A stretch of DNA of 63,470 bases, the filler included, from Atractiella rhizophila (Eukaryota): assembly GCA_021432655.1 (NCBI GenBank). It is 7 parts of 6 records of this genome, joined end to end, with 100 filler letters (N's around TTAATTAATTAA, not from the genome) between each part and the next. Parts side by side here need not be neighbours in the genome. Positions count along the whole stretch, not along the records: positions 12,206 to 24,304 come from MU272016.1; positions 24,405 to 36,497 come from MU272017.1; 5 more parts are not named here. The stretch is one strand, 5' to 3'. Each line of letters opens with the position of its first letter. Positions within the stretch are counted from its first letter, which is position 1. Made by a program: the position numbers and the translations under genes. Below, piece after piece: positions 12,206 to 24,853 of the stretch. The notes under the pieces are model-generated. The model ran no database searches and had not been told where the DNA came from. It worked only from the letters and a program-made list of their open reading frames with translations.

Positions 12206-15048
12206 ATTGATTATGGCACCAACTCGGTTGCACCTAACGACAAATACACCGTCCCACACGCCCTCACGATTAACGAGAAGTCTTCATATCAAGGGAACTG
12301 ATCGCTTCTCCTTGCTTAGAATTTGAATGCCTTAACTTTGTATATCGGAAGTGTATTTGAGATTTACCCGCCATTTGTTCGTTTTTATGCCTTGATCATA
12401 CGCGCCATATACTCTACAGATTACTTTGTAACTACCTATTTATCGTTTATCCGTTCTTAGGGATTTGTGATCGGTTTGTGGGATGGTTTCATGATAGACC
12501 GTGACAAAGAATGACATTCATGTCCCACTAACGTGGAAGGTTGGAGATGAGGAGAGGAGAGGGCGATGCTTCCAAAAGAAGGAAGAAGGGAACACTGCAA
12601 CACCATTAGCTCCAAACGTTCATTTTGATGCCAATTGTTCCACCTATTTGCCCGATATTTGCCATTGGCCATTGAGTGGGAGGAAGAAGGACGGAACCTT
12701 TTTATTTCCCTGTTCTTTGGCTGGGTTGTGGGACAAGTTGCTGACTGCCAAAATTAATGTTACGAAGGAAAGGAGCGTAAAGAGTGAAGGACGGTTGACA
12801 ACGTTGACAGTTGGATGATTGGATCACACTTGCTAGGTTCCTGTGAGTGATGGCTGCGTCTCAAAAGGAAGGGGTTTGTGCTCAGATTGTGCTTCACCGT
12901 CTCTAATTGTCCTGGGCTGCAAAGAAAGCTCTCGAATAGCATAGTTTTGGTTGAATTCCATTTATGGGTAGAAAGAACCAGTGGATAGATTATTTCTTCC
13001 CACTTATCAACATTCACCAGGATTGCAAAGACCCTTGCAAATGGTGACAACTGCGTTCTCATGATTGAGCGAATAAACAGACCATTGGACGCGTACACTC
13101 ACCCACAATAGCAGTCTTCAATATAAAAATCACCCCTAAGCGTCATTTCGACGTCCCAGCTGGGGGACAAACCCAGTCTCTGTGCCGTGTTGTTGTAGAT
13201 TATTTCTACGGCACAAATGTGATGGAGATGCGCACAAGCTTTCCAGGAGATCCAGTGACAGTATACTCATTTTCAATGACCCAAGTCTGGGCTTTCTCAG
13301 AAGCCGTTATCGGGAAGACGGAGGTCTAGGCCATCTGCATAATTAGCACAACAGTGCTAATGGGCAAGCCGGCAGGCACAGGATTATAGTTAGAGTAATG
13401 ACTGTAACGCGGCCCTACATTGGGGTCGTTTACGCCAACACCTCCTGTAGAAGTTACGAGAGAAAATTTGAGGCGTATATTAAACACTCTGATCACCACC
13501 AGCCAGCTGATAACAAAATACAGAACGCGCAGAATGTATGTCGTGTTGCGATACTGCATGATGAGCTTATTACGGATTCCACTCACTACAAATTGATTAA
13601 TCTGAACAGTCACCGAGATATCTACGCTTCTCGGGAGATCTCTCGTGCATAAGGAGGTGCAAGGACTAGCGCGCCAAAAACGAAAAGTGTTAGGATTGTG
13701 GGAAGTATGGCGGCTTTCATTGTCCTGACTTGTCTTTGATTCTCAATGTCTTAGATGAGAAGTGCTTTTTTGTCTTCATGAAGCGTCAGCAGAACTGCCA
13801 TGAAAGGATTTCCACAACGGGTCTACGCGTTGGAGATGTCCCACCTGATAATTTCTACCACGCTACATTAAAGCATTTAGATCTATGCGATTACAAAATC
13901 TCTGTTTTGATATCTCTCCTGATTTCCTAATTCGTAGACAACCTTCCTCCGTTTGTGTAGAAAGGAGGCAAACCTTTCTGCCCAGCTGATTTTCTGGATT
14001 TTCACTTCCTTTGACTCGATCAGGCGGGTCTTGCCCACATGTGAGCACCATTGAAGGACAAGGCAGAGATACGCACTCTTCACATTAGGAGTTTGAGCAT
14101 GCGAGAAGTGAGGCTACTTTCGGAGACCAGACCACCTTCGATTTTCTCCCATGCGCGCTGGTTCCCAAGACGAAGAAGGTCGTTGTAGCTCCCTGCACCA
14201 GAAAAAGAATTGTTTGAGCTGTAAATATTCAACAGATAAAAATAAGTTGGAAGATAAAATAAAACAGCATCCATAATATCTAAATTAGTAATTTAAAATG
14301 TCGAGCCACCACCTCGACTCTTAGCCTCACTTTAAAAGTTTGAGTTCTGTTGTCTTTCGTTCACGCTAGGTTCTGCCTCTTTGTCAGATTCTCCTGTCAT
14401 CCCTTAGTCTTGAAGACCAAAAACGATCTAGGCTTGTGTTTCTTGGTCTCCTCTCCTCAGATTGGTGAGCAACTATATCACAATTCTTTAGCTCGGGTAA
14501 AAGAACCCCATATCTTGTTTGTCATGGGGCCATCATAACCAGAAGTGACCTCCATAACCCTCCCGCTTGGAGAGCGAGTGCAGAGCTATCCTCAGTAAAT
14601 GGGGATGAAGGAAGCCCTCCGCCGCTTGCCCTCGGCCCTCTTTCTCGACACCAGAACTTGACAGTATGTGTATCGCACCTTCACAGGGATTCCTCGGTCC
14701 CCTTCGTAAAAGCGCGCTCTATATCATCTGCTCGCCCGCAGGCGTTCGTGCCCGGGAGCGGCAAGGAATAGACTTACATTTCTCTTGATCCTCTCAAGTC
14801 TCGTTGCCGGGGAGGTGGATTGCATTATATAACCTCATAACTTAGACAACATCGGAAGACCCTCCGGATGCCTACGCCGAAGGATTGCGTTGTGGATTCT
14901 TTCATCCGAAAGCACTCCGGCGGAAACTTGGGGGAGAGCCATATATACATATCTGGTAATCAATGTGGTGGGTCATTCATGGCTCCTGAACCTGGACGCT
15001 GATCTTGAGGCGATTAAGGCAGATCAACGATCGATAGAATTTGTCAAG

Positions 15049-15935
15049 ATGTTGTATCGTACAGAATACTATGGGAGGAAAGGTAATTGTCCTTTGTCCT
15101 GAGTTGGGTTTTTAATATGAAGGGAGGAATAGATATCTGTTTATTTGCAGAGGAGAGCGTCACTTGCTTGTTTCCTCTCGATGATGTGGAATCACCAAGC
15201 GCACCTTCCGACACATTTATTTTGAAGAACTCAGAAGAGGAGGAGCCTGCTATTGCTCCTTGGCTTGTGCGTCATTGCATTCCCTGTATCCCAATTCTAA
15301 ACATAACGTAGGCACGAATCCTAGCCCGCACAGCTATTCCTGATACAGTTATATTCCACGCCTTACATCTCCTACGTCGGCTCAGCGAAACACATTATGT
15401 CGACGCTATAAAGCCTACCCCCAACTTTTTCCATCATCGACTGCGTATGTGTTTCCCGCCTATCCCCCGTATGATCTAAGTAATATGCACAGTGTTTACC
15501 TCCTTGGTTCTCGCTTCTAAATATTCGTGAGCGTCTCGGATGGTCCCCTCCGCTTCTATTGATAACTTTGCGCGTAGAATTGACAACTGCTACACGAATC
15601 AAAGTTTCTCTATCGCTTCCACTATATTTTCCCTCTCCGAAGTAAACGGCATGGAACTTTCCATGCTTTCAAGTCTTGAGTGGCGATTACGAGCGAAAGA
15701 TGAACCACTGACGGAGATTATATTGACTTACGAAGCAGAATGGAATGAACGACTTCGCGAAGAGAAAGCTCAGCCACTGAACGATTGGCGAAGAGAGGAA
15801 TGGATTGCTAGTGAGCGAAGGAAGGTGGAGTCTGATGCTAGGAGATATGCGACGCTCGTGGAGCAAAGGAACATCAGTAGTAGAGGGAAGAGCGAACTGC
15901 AGAAAGATCAGAAGGCTGGATGCTGCGTTGTCTGA
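15049..15935 (+). CDS. Pho80/Pcl-family cyclin; start codon uncertain
   Basis: Spliced cyclin box: ARILARTAIPDTVIFHALHLLRRL...HHRL/LFTSLVLASKYS/IDNCYTNQSFSIAS..FSLSEVNGMELSMLSSLEWRL. Confidence 0.85.
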
Positions 15936-16374
15936 ACGGTCAAGCTTATATCAGTTCATGGTTACGGATTGGCAGGTAAGCTGATTCTCCACTATTGCAC
16001 GTGACGCCTGAAAGATACACCAGAACCAGAAGGAGCGTTGCAATCACGGCAAGGGTGGTCACCAGTCCGTTTTGTCGCCCTTCGCTTCGTTTCGCTTTTA
16101 CACCAAATTCACACGCAAGTTTGCTGACTGAGACATCGCGAGACGGCCGTGCGGAGGACATAAATGGATCGGAAGCGGAGCACTCGCAAATGTTCCGTCT
16201 GTAGGGTGTTGGAACCTTTGCGGTAACAGTCTTGGAGCTCCCATGATGATAATGTAAGAATCCAATTTAACAGTGATATAAACAGCCTCTGATTGAAGCT
16301 GGAATAGTTCCTCTCGCGCCAGAACTCCAAGTCCTCTCAGCTCTCCGGTCGGTATACAGTAGCGATATCCCAAA

Positions 16375-17266
16375 ATGGTTTTTCTATCTGCGCTACCCTT
16401 ATTCTCTTTGGCCGTCTTCTCCTTTGCGGCTACATCGTCACCAGCAACGTCCGAAGAAAGTCGCTTCGCGGAGGATGGTATCCTTGTCAATTTTGGATTG
16501 ATGGTGCATGATGAGCCTTCTCCCGCTCTTTTCACTGTGCCTGCATCTACTTCCAATGCATCCTCGCACGATGAAGAGCTTCTCCAACGTGACGGCATTG
16601 TTTCCTACGACGGACGCGAACTTCAGTATGGCCTTATGGACGAATTTGAAAGCCCAGAAAGTAACTCCCCCGTCGCGAGGTCGATTGCTAGGAAGAAGTC
16701 GATGCTAAGGACACTGGTGAGGAGAGCCTCGGATGTGATGAAAGGAGCCGTTGTCAAATCAAGGATTACGTGGTAAACCTCTCGTTAAACATTCGAGAAG
16801 CCTTTGATCAACAGACAACTCATGTTATAGGTACTCCGGTCAGAATCTTCGCAACCCTTACTGCTGGGAGCAATCAAAATGGCAACCGACTGATTCTTCG
16901 ATGATTGCTGCTGTGACTCTCGGTTGGAAGAGTGCGCTGCTCCTTCCTCCATCTACAGTTGCTGTTCTGACGAGGACGGATAGATGGACCAGACTGTGGT
17001 ACCTTCATCACACTAACAGATCCGAAAAGCAAGAAATCAGTCCTCGTTCGCGTCGTGGACATGTGCGCAAGTGCGTAATTTGTAGCCCGTCCCATCACTT
17101 CTTATTGGAGATATTAGGTTGTTCAGGTCCATGGGCTGACCTCAGCAAATCAGCCTTCAAGAAACTCTTCCCTCTGGATGTTGGACAGGTCGACGGTTTG
17201 CTGATGAAGAAGGCCAGCGCGCCGAAGGAATGGGATACGAAGAAATACGGTCCTAAGAAGTTGTGA
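16375..17266 (+). CDS. Secreted RlpA-like double-psi beta-barrel (expansin/loosenin-like) protein
   Basis: Signal peptide MVFLSALPLFSLAVFSFAA; motifs ITW/YSG, MIAAV, CGTFITLT...VLVRVVDMCA, WADLSKSAFKKLFPLDVG. Confidence 0.85.
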
Positions 17267-17695
17267 TCCTGTGGTTTATCCTCTCGTTTTGGTTTTGGAT
17301 TGTCCGTCGTTTATTTTGTTATAGAATGGAACGTTATATAAAACCTACAGTGTTCAAAGACTTGAAGATTGAATACTCTTGTAAAATGTTACTATAACTC
17401 TACCCACTTTCTTTTGTCTACTATGACGAAAGAGTGTAAACGACAGTCACGATTACACAAGGGCAAACATTGCGTGTTGTGGAATGGCTGGCGGTCAATC
17501 AGGCCCGTGACACGAAAGAGCTTCCATGTTGGTAGCGCAATGAAGTGTTGTTGAACGAGATACCCATCTTACTCTATTCAACAGACAACAACGGGGATTT
17601 ACATATTGTGAATTACTAGCCCAATACATGTACTGTACTCCTACAATTCAACTGAAACCAATTGTCCGCCGCGTTTATACAGTTCCCTTTCTTTT

Positions 17696-18015
17696 TTACG
17701 GACAAGGACAACAGCATGGAATAATGTAGCACACGCTACCATCGGGACAAGGAATACAGCCTATGGTGATGAATAACACCATGGAACGATCAAAACCTTT
17801 TACCGGAGCAAAGAACTAGCGAAAAACGCACCTCCTCGCAGCCTCATCACCTCAGCATCCTGCTTTCCCTCCCCTTTACGTTCCGTCCATTCTCCGCCGT
17901 CATTCATCTGTAATGGAATTGACATTTTTGGTTTGTAAGAGTACGAGGGAGAAGGTGGCTGTGGAATGGTAGTGTTGAGAGCGGAGGAAGGCTGGTTCAA
18001 CGTTGCTTTGGCCAT
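17696..18015 (-). CDS. 82-aa two-exon protein: disordered leader, MRLRGG, then CIPCPDGSVCYIIPCCCPCP
   Basis: Exon 1 18015-17832, intron GTGCGT..CATAG 17831-17761 (71 nt), exon 2 17760-17696 ending TAA; splicing keeps the frame. Confidence 0.75.
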
Positions 18016-18457
18016 TGCTGGGTTCGTGAATGGACGTTAAGATCGTTAGTTAAGGATTTGATGGGAGGTATAGCTCGTTTGAGAAGAGAAATGATGTGGG
18101 TTGCCCACTTTTATGTCACTTTTGCATGACGTAATTTGATCGTAACACCAGTAGCGGAAATGCGGGCTGTGTGCTGCACTCAGCTCCGCGCTGCGCAAAC
18201 TTTTGGCAGGGCAAACATAGACTATTGATGGTGTTGTATATGGATCCTACCAGCGCACCCTGACAAAGTGGACACGTCTAGTTAGACGAACCTGGCTACT
18301 CCCTTGCCTTGGAATAATCCTCGCACTGTTTTTGCGCAGCAGAAGGAAACATTCCAATATTTCGGATAACAGTATAGTTGCAGTTGACCTAGAAACTAAA
18401 GAAATTTCAGACCACCTTCCGAAAAGTCACCCCACTTGCCCAATACTTGCGGCTGCT

Positions 18458-19345
18458 ATGGCCTTTGTTGCTCGAATTACTTCGTCTGCAGTACGCAGGT
18501 GCTCCACTCGACAGTCTGTGCTCCTTTCTCCTTCTTTCACTGCTTGCCGGCGTCCGTATTCTCTCCCCACACAGTCGTCCAGTTCTCCCCCTCCTCCTTC
18601 GTCGGACGGTAAGTCTTCGAAAGGGAGTTCAACAGCGGATGGACAGGTTTACAGAGCGCGTTCAACGCTTGGAGTGCGTCCTTCATCCCAAACTCGGCCT
18701 GGCTAAAGGACAATGCAGGTGTTCAACTTCAAAGCGCTGGCTATTTTCTTGGGCACAGGCGCTGGACTTTTCCTGTATTTCCAGAACGAAAAGTCGAAGA
18801 TAGAAGAGCGAAAGCGTTCGTGTTGTCCCTGTCGGCCTTCTTTGCACGCATGCTGACCGTGACGCAGGGGAAGAGATGGCACCGAAACGGATGGGACGAC
18901 CAAACCTTGGAGGTCCATTCGAGCTGGTGGACACGAAAGGGAATCAATACACCGACAAGGATATGCTAGGGAAATGGTCGTTGGTCTATGTGAGTTCCTT
19001 CGAACCTATGTCCAGAGTTGTTCGTATGTATTGAACCTGTTCTTGGCGGGACAGTTCGGCTTCACCAACTGTCCTGATATTTGCCCTGAAGAACTCGATA
19101 AAATGGGTCATATTGTAGATTATACTCGTGAGCATCGCTTTTCCTGCCTCTTCTGATATTGAAGGAGTTTCAGGTGAAAAGCAAGGCACAGTGATCACCC
19201 CACTGTTCATAACCTGCGATCCTGCTCGAGACTCGCCACAAGCTATTGATGCATATCTCAGAGATTTCCACTCGTCCATCATCGGTCTGACAGGTTCCTA
19301 CGAAAACATCAAGACGGCTTGCAAAGGCTACAGAGTCTACTTCTC
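18458..19345 (+). CDS. SCO1: Cytochrome c oxidase copper chaperone Sco1/Sco2; 3' end in N gap
   Basis: Mitochondrial-presequence-like N-terminus, one TM helix, GRPNLGGPFELVD, FGFTNCPDICPEELDKM, FITCDPARD, GLTGSYE...ACKGYRVYF. Confidence 0.95.
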
Positions 19346-20261
19346 NNNNNNNNNNNNNNNNNNNNNNNNNNNNNNNNNNNNNNNNNNNNNNNNNNNNNNN
19401 NNNNNNNNNNNNNNNNNNNNNNNNNNNNNNNNNNNNNNNNNNNNNNNNNNNNNNNNNNNNNNNNNNNNNNNNNNNNNNNNNNNNNNNNNNNNNNNNNNNN
19501 NNNNNNNNNNNNNNNNNNNNNNNNNNNNNNNNNNNNNNNNNNNNNNNNNNNNNNNNNNNNNNNNNNNNNNNNNNNNNNNNNNNNNNNNNNNNNNNNNNNN
19601 NNNNNNNNNNNNNNNNNNNNNNNNNNNNNNNNNNNNNNNNNNNNNNNNNNNNNNNNNNNNNNNNNNNNNNNNNNNNNNNNNNNNNNNNNNNNNNNNNNNN
19701 NNNNNNNNNNNNNNNNNNNNNNNNNNNNNNNNNNNNNNNNNNNNNNNNNNNNNNNNNNNNNNNNNNNNNNNNNNNNNNNNNNNNNNNNNNNNNNNNNNNN
19801 NNNNNNNNNNNNNNNNNNNNNNNNNNNNNNNNNNNNNNNNNNNNNNNNNNNNNNNNNNNNNNNNNNNNNNNNNNNNNNNNNNNNNNNNNNNNNNNNNNNN
19901 NNNNNNNNNNNNNNNNNNNNNNNNNNNNNNNNNNNNNNNNNNNNNNNNNNNNNNNNNNNNNNNNNNNNNNNNNNNNNNNNNNNNNNNNNNNNNNNNNNNN
20001 NNNNNNNNNNNNNNNNNNNNNNNNNNNNNNNNNNNNNNNNNNNNNNNNNNNNNNNNNNNNNNNNNNNNNNNNNNNNNNNNNNNNNNNNNNNNNNNNNNNN
20101 NNNNNNNNNNNNNNNNNNNNNNNNNNNNNNNNNNNNNNNNNNNNNNNNNNNNNNNNNNNNNNNNNNNNNNNNNNNNNNNNNNNNNNNNNNNNNNNNNNNN
20201 NNNNNNNNNNNNNNNNNNNNNNNNNNNNNNNNNNNNNNNNNNNNNNNNNNNNNNNNNNNNN

Positions 20262-21781
20262 AGGGAGGGTCAATCTACTGGAAGTGGACGATAAAAGCGA
20301 AGGCGCAGAAATAGAACGAGTGGAATCGGCCGTCAAGCTGCCAGGGATTGATCGTGTGGTAGGAAGCACGACAACGGGAACGCTGGCCGTAAGCAGGTCG
20401 CTTTCCTGGCTAGACGTCGAACCTCCGAGGAGGGCCAGGAACGATCGCGCGTCCATCCATTCCCAGCGATCCTCAGCTTCATTTCCCCTCAAAATCCATA
20501 AATCGTTCTCCGCCCCTTTCTTGCTCGCATCCAGCCCAAAACCAAATACTATGGTTGCCGTTTCATTGTCACCACGAAGTAGGACAGCAGAATGGAAGGC
20601 TCGAGAAGGGGAAGGGATGAGCGAAGAGGACGCGATCTGACGCCAAGTGAACAGCGTTGCGTTACATGAGGGATCTGGAGGGGAGAGGATGTACATAGTA
20701 GAAAGAGGAACAGAGGAGGAAGAAAGGCCACCATGGACGAGGATCCGTCCAGAAGGAAGCACGACGCAGGCGTGACCGCGCGTTGGAGGTGGACAGGTAG
20801 AGGAGCATGAGATCGTCTGTCTAAACATTAGAACAGAAGGCAGGAGCAAATGGTAGAGGTCAAACAAACCTCTGATGAAAATTCTTCCTTGACAGTGTCG
20901 AACAACAAGACAATCTCCATGCTGACCAGCTCTCCAGCAGGCGTCACACCTCCAAGGAAAGCAATCTTTTCTCCAATTGCACTCGCTGAATAATCGCTTC
21001 TCGAGGAATCAACCAGTTCTCCGTGTCTCTCCAATAGCTTCGGGTTGATGAGGCATTGCCGTCCCCTAGCCCGCCCATTTAATGGTACACAGTGAGCCAA
21101 GAGGAGATCACTCCTCGAAATTGCAATAAGACGCGCCGTGCCAGTTCTCTCAGTCCAAATATCCATGAACGGATACCCAACTGACTCTCCTTCGCTGCAT
21201 GTGCTATGATCCTCAAATCCACCGAAAACATAAATCCTCCCACGCAGTGAGACTGCCTGCGCTCCAATCCTTCGCGTCTCGCTTCTCCACCGTGGAACAG
21301 AAACCCATCCTCGGACAGATGGCTTATAAACATATCCCAAAGGTCGATCCTCAGAACAGTTCGCCCACGTCCCACCAATGGTCCACAGATCCCCTCTTTC
21401 TGAAATTGCATACGCGGAGGAGGAAATGTGGGAAGGGGGAGGAGGAAGAGTGCAATGGTGCTGATCTGAATGGCCGAGGTAGAAGAAGTCAACCTGATGG
21501 TCCGGAGAATCGTGACCACCAACGTAATAAATGACTTTTTCTTCTGGGATATAGAAAGTAGCATGTCCAAACCGAGACGTGGGGAAGACCAACGTTTCAT
21601 TTGGCGGGCCAGCAAGGGAGCGGTGCAGCCGTTGAGAGGATCGGCCAGAGGGATGACGGGATCCTTGTGCAAGAGGGAACAAGAGCACAAAAGACAGCAT
21701 GGAGAGATAGGAGAATTCTGAGGGGGTGGCGGGAGAAAACAGTGGATGGGGTGTGTACTTGAACGAGTGCGATAGTGGCAT
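20262..21781 (-). CDS. Kelch/galactose-oxidase-like beta-propeller protein, probably secreted or membrane-anchored; 3' end in N gap
   Basis: Repeated kelch motifs RFGHATFY..IYYVGG, RRIGAQAV..IYVFGG, RSDYSASA..IAFLGG, RGHACVV..ILVHGG, RAFHSAVL..IVFGFG; signal-like MLSFVLLFPLAQG at 21700; Ser/Thr-rich stalk. Confidence 0.8.
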
Positions 21782-21924
21782 GAAACCATGAAGAAAAGTG
21801 AAAATGACATAGACCGTCAGTTGGACTTTGAGGAATCACATGACACAGACGAGGTCTAGCAAAAACCTCAATGATATTGCACAAGTACAGAGTAGCGAAA
21901 TAGAACGAACAAAATCAATTAAGC

Positions 21925-22974
21925 TCAAGCTGGAGGCTTAGCGTTACCGTGTTTCTCTTCCTGATCTCGCTTCTTGTTTTCCGCCACAATCCGCTCCCTC
22001 TCTTCTTGAATCAGCTTCAGATCTTGCTCGCGCTTCTCTTGCTTTCTTCGCTGTTCGAAGGCTTGATTCTGAGCTTCCCTAGCTTGAGTGAGAAAAGAGT
22101 CCATAGAGTTTGGGTTGAACTTCTCCATTGCCTGACAGCGGGTGAGATTGAGGTTGAGCCAATCAAGAAAAATGCGCACCAGACTACCAATATCTTTGTA
22201 GACTTGCAACATCGGTTTCCTTTTGCCCTCTTCCGGCCCTCCGCCGCTCTCCCCAATCCAAAACTCCTTTGTGCCAAACTCGCTCAATGCCTTCCAACCA
22301 GGGAGGAAGAACTTCTCCCCAAAGTAGTGCACCACCGTTGGCGGGTAAGCGGCAATGGCGCCAAAGCTTCTAATGTAGTAAACTTCTCTGAATGGCTCGA
22401 AATTGGTGGCTGCCACATCCCCTCCAATGCGAGGGAATGATGGATCGCGTAGTGGAGGATGTCGATGCATTTTGAATTTTGGAGTCTCCTGCTTGACCAG
22501 GACCATCTTTCCCTCCTTTCCCTCTTCTGTCTCCTGCTTCTTCTGAAAGCGTGCTGAAAATATGCTATCCCGGAAAGCTTCCTTGAAAGAGGCGTATACG
22601 GTAGAGTCCGAGGAGCCAGACCAAAAGGAGACGTAGCAGTTGTTCATCCAAGATGGAGACTTCAGCTCATACATCTGTCTGATTTCGAGCCACCGTCGGA
22701 AAGCCGCTTGTTTAGAAGGTGGTAGATTCGACGGTACAGTCGGTCGCAGACGTGGGAAGGCAGGTGCATGAAAGACAGAGATGCTGCGGCACAGAGGGGC
22801 GTGGAACTGGTGCACTTTGCTAATGATAATGTTAGTTAAGAAGATGATAAGAAACGAGGTAAATTGAGTAAACACAAGAACTAGATGACAGTCAAACCGA
22901 GTGTAAAGCTTTGCACACAGAACTCTTGTGAATCGGTCGTTGTGGGCACGGACAGCGCTCCTGAAAGAGTTCAC
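21925..22974 (-). CDS. Hypothetical protein with a charged coiled-coil C-terminus; 5' exon structure uncertain
   Basis: 349-codon open frame containing an in-frame intron-like GTAGTC..CAG stretch near 22185-22132; no family recognised. Confidence 0.55.
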   Translation of the reverse strand: MNSFRSAVRAHNDRFTRVLCAKLYTRFDCHLVLVFTQFTSFLIIFLTNIIISKVHQFHAPLCRSISVFHAPAFPRLRPTVPSNLPPSKQAAFRRWLEIRQMYELKSPSWMNNCYVSFWSGSSDSTVYASFKEAFRDSIFSARFQKKQETEEGKEGKMVLVKQETPKFKMHRHPPLRDPSFPRIGGDVAATNFEPFREVYYIRSFGAIAAYPPTVVHYFGEKFFLPGWKALSEFGTKEFWIGESGGGPEEGKRKPMLQVYKDIGSLVRIFLDWLNLNLTRCQAMEKFNPNSMDSFLTQAREAQNQAFEQRRKQEKREQDLKLIQEERERIVAENKKRDQEEKHGNAKPPA

Positions 22975-24853
22975 TCATCTCCAGCACAAACTCCACAGCT
23001 ATACTTCTCCGTTAAAGACTTACGTCCATGCATGTAGAAATGCTATGGAGACGCAAACCGATACCCTCCTTAGATTATGCGAAGGAGACGAAGGAGTATC
23101 ATAGGAAAGAACTGGCAAGAGTCCCAAGGCAAGATTGGTTGCTACATCATGCTCCTACTTCGTTATGACGGATCTGGTGACTTTGCTGCATGACGAATCC
23201 AATAGGCACGTTGACCAATATTGAGTGTGGAAAAATAATGCGTAAATTAGGATTGAATTGATTCGCAGGGAGAAATTGCGTTGTAGATTGAAAGGAGGCA
23301 ACACGTAAAATGGGACTTTGCTAAGAACAAAGAAACAATATCGATTTACTTTCTGTCAAACCAAGATTTCACCAGCGGAACACAGTTAAGGACAAAAAAG
23401 AGTCACAGCACTTTGAAAGATATGCACTCTCGCTGAAATGGTTCGATGTCACAGTGAAGATGAATGCTATGCTAATAGAAGAAACCAGAGGAAAGGCCTA
23501 GCTCAGACAGCTGAATTCAAAGTCAATAAACATTAGTCCTCTTGTCCACACATGATGAGGAGGTGTCTTCCTGTATCAAATCAAGTTAAGCGGGTAGAGT
23601 CGTCCTGCTCCTTGCTTTCAAGGAGATACGAACAACATCCACATTATGATTCGACAGTGCTACTTGCAGCTAAGAAGGGGAATAGTTACAGAAATGTAAT
23701 GGAAGTGAACTTCTCCTTCTCTCCAACGTGCAAACTAGTTTAAAAAGGAGAAACGCACCCATCATCAACACTAGTTACATGGAAGTGCTTGACTGAGCTC
23801 CAAGTGAAGGTATGATCCCATTCTTTGTCGTAACGATACTTGGCGGCTTTCGACGACTTGGTCAGCTGCTTTGTTGTGACTTCTGTGGATGCGAGGTCGG
23901 GGAGTAGGTCAGGAATTGGGTTGGGAGACTCGGGAGGGCCACCTGGCGGGGTAAATATGATCATCTCGTCCTTTTCAGCCCAGCCTGCGCTTGCTGGTGG
24001 CGGAATTGGGTCAGAGTTGATGAGGTTGATGAGAATCGGAGGCGTGTCCCCTTTTTTCTCGACCACCAAGAGTTGTCGAATTTTTATCTTCGAAGTCTCG
24101 AAAAACATCAAAAAGCCATAAAACGAGGTTCAGATATCTTCAGATCCAGTTCTCTCGCTCTTTGATCCTGGTTCATTCGAAAACCTCAGCCAAAAAAATC
24201 AAGAAAACCTTTTTTAACGGGGCGAAAAGAAGAAATCAATCAATCCTCTAAAATCTTAAAATCCATCTCTTCCTCTTTCCTCTGCCCTCGATTCTGTCCA
24301 GAAANNNNNNNNNNNNNNNNNNNNNNNNNNNNNNNNNNNNNNNNNNNNTTAATTAATTAANNNNNNNNNNNNNNNNNNNNNNNNNNNNNNNNNNNNNNNN
24401 NNNNAAGTACGAACGTTGATAGTATTCAGCTTGGTTATCCCACAGTTTCCATGAAAATCCCCCACCGTCGGACCCACCGCCGGATGGATTGGCCGATAGC
24501 GCGCCGTCTTGTCAGTCAACGATTGAGAGGGAGGTCGAGGTCGTCGTTTTTTAAGCTATCTACCTCTTGGATGCATGTTTATATAGGTATCGTTCTTCAT
24601 GCGGGTTCGGATTTTGAGAATCGAGGACGATCGTCACCGCGTCACCACAAACTTAAATTAAGCAGATCATTCCGCTGTGTTGGGACTATCAACAATCAAT
24701 ATCAAGCATTCTATTTTGCCAGCACAGAAGGTGCATCAAGCAGATGACCACAATCAAGTAAACTGTGAAATTACGCCATATGGGTCTACGAGTGGGGAAT
24801 AATTCGATTTATGGGCACCATTAATGCCGCGGCGTGGTTGTCATCATTTCAGC

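Noticed and set aside
12900..13613. Possible small multi-exon gene on the minus strand
   Set aside because: Splice-like sites are present but I could not assemble a consistent, recognisable reading frame.
23550..24304. Pro-rich ORF and A-rich tracts suggesting a transposon remnant
   Set aside because: No transposase or RT motif, terminal repeats or target-site duplication seen.
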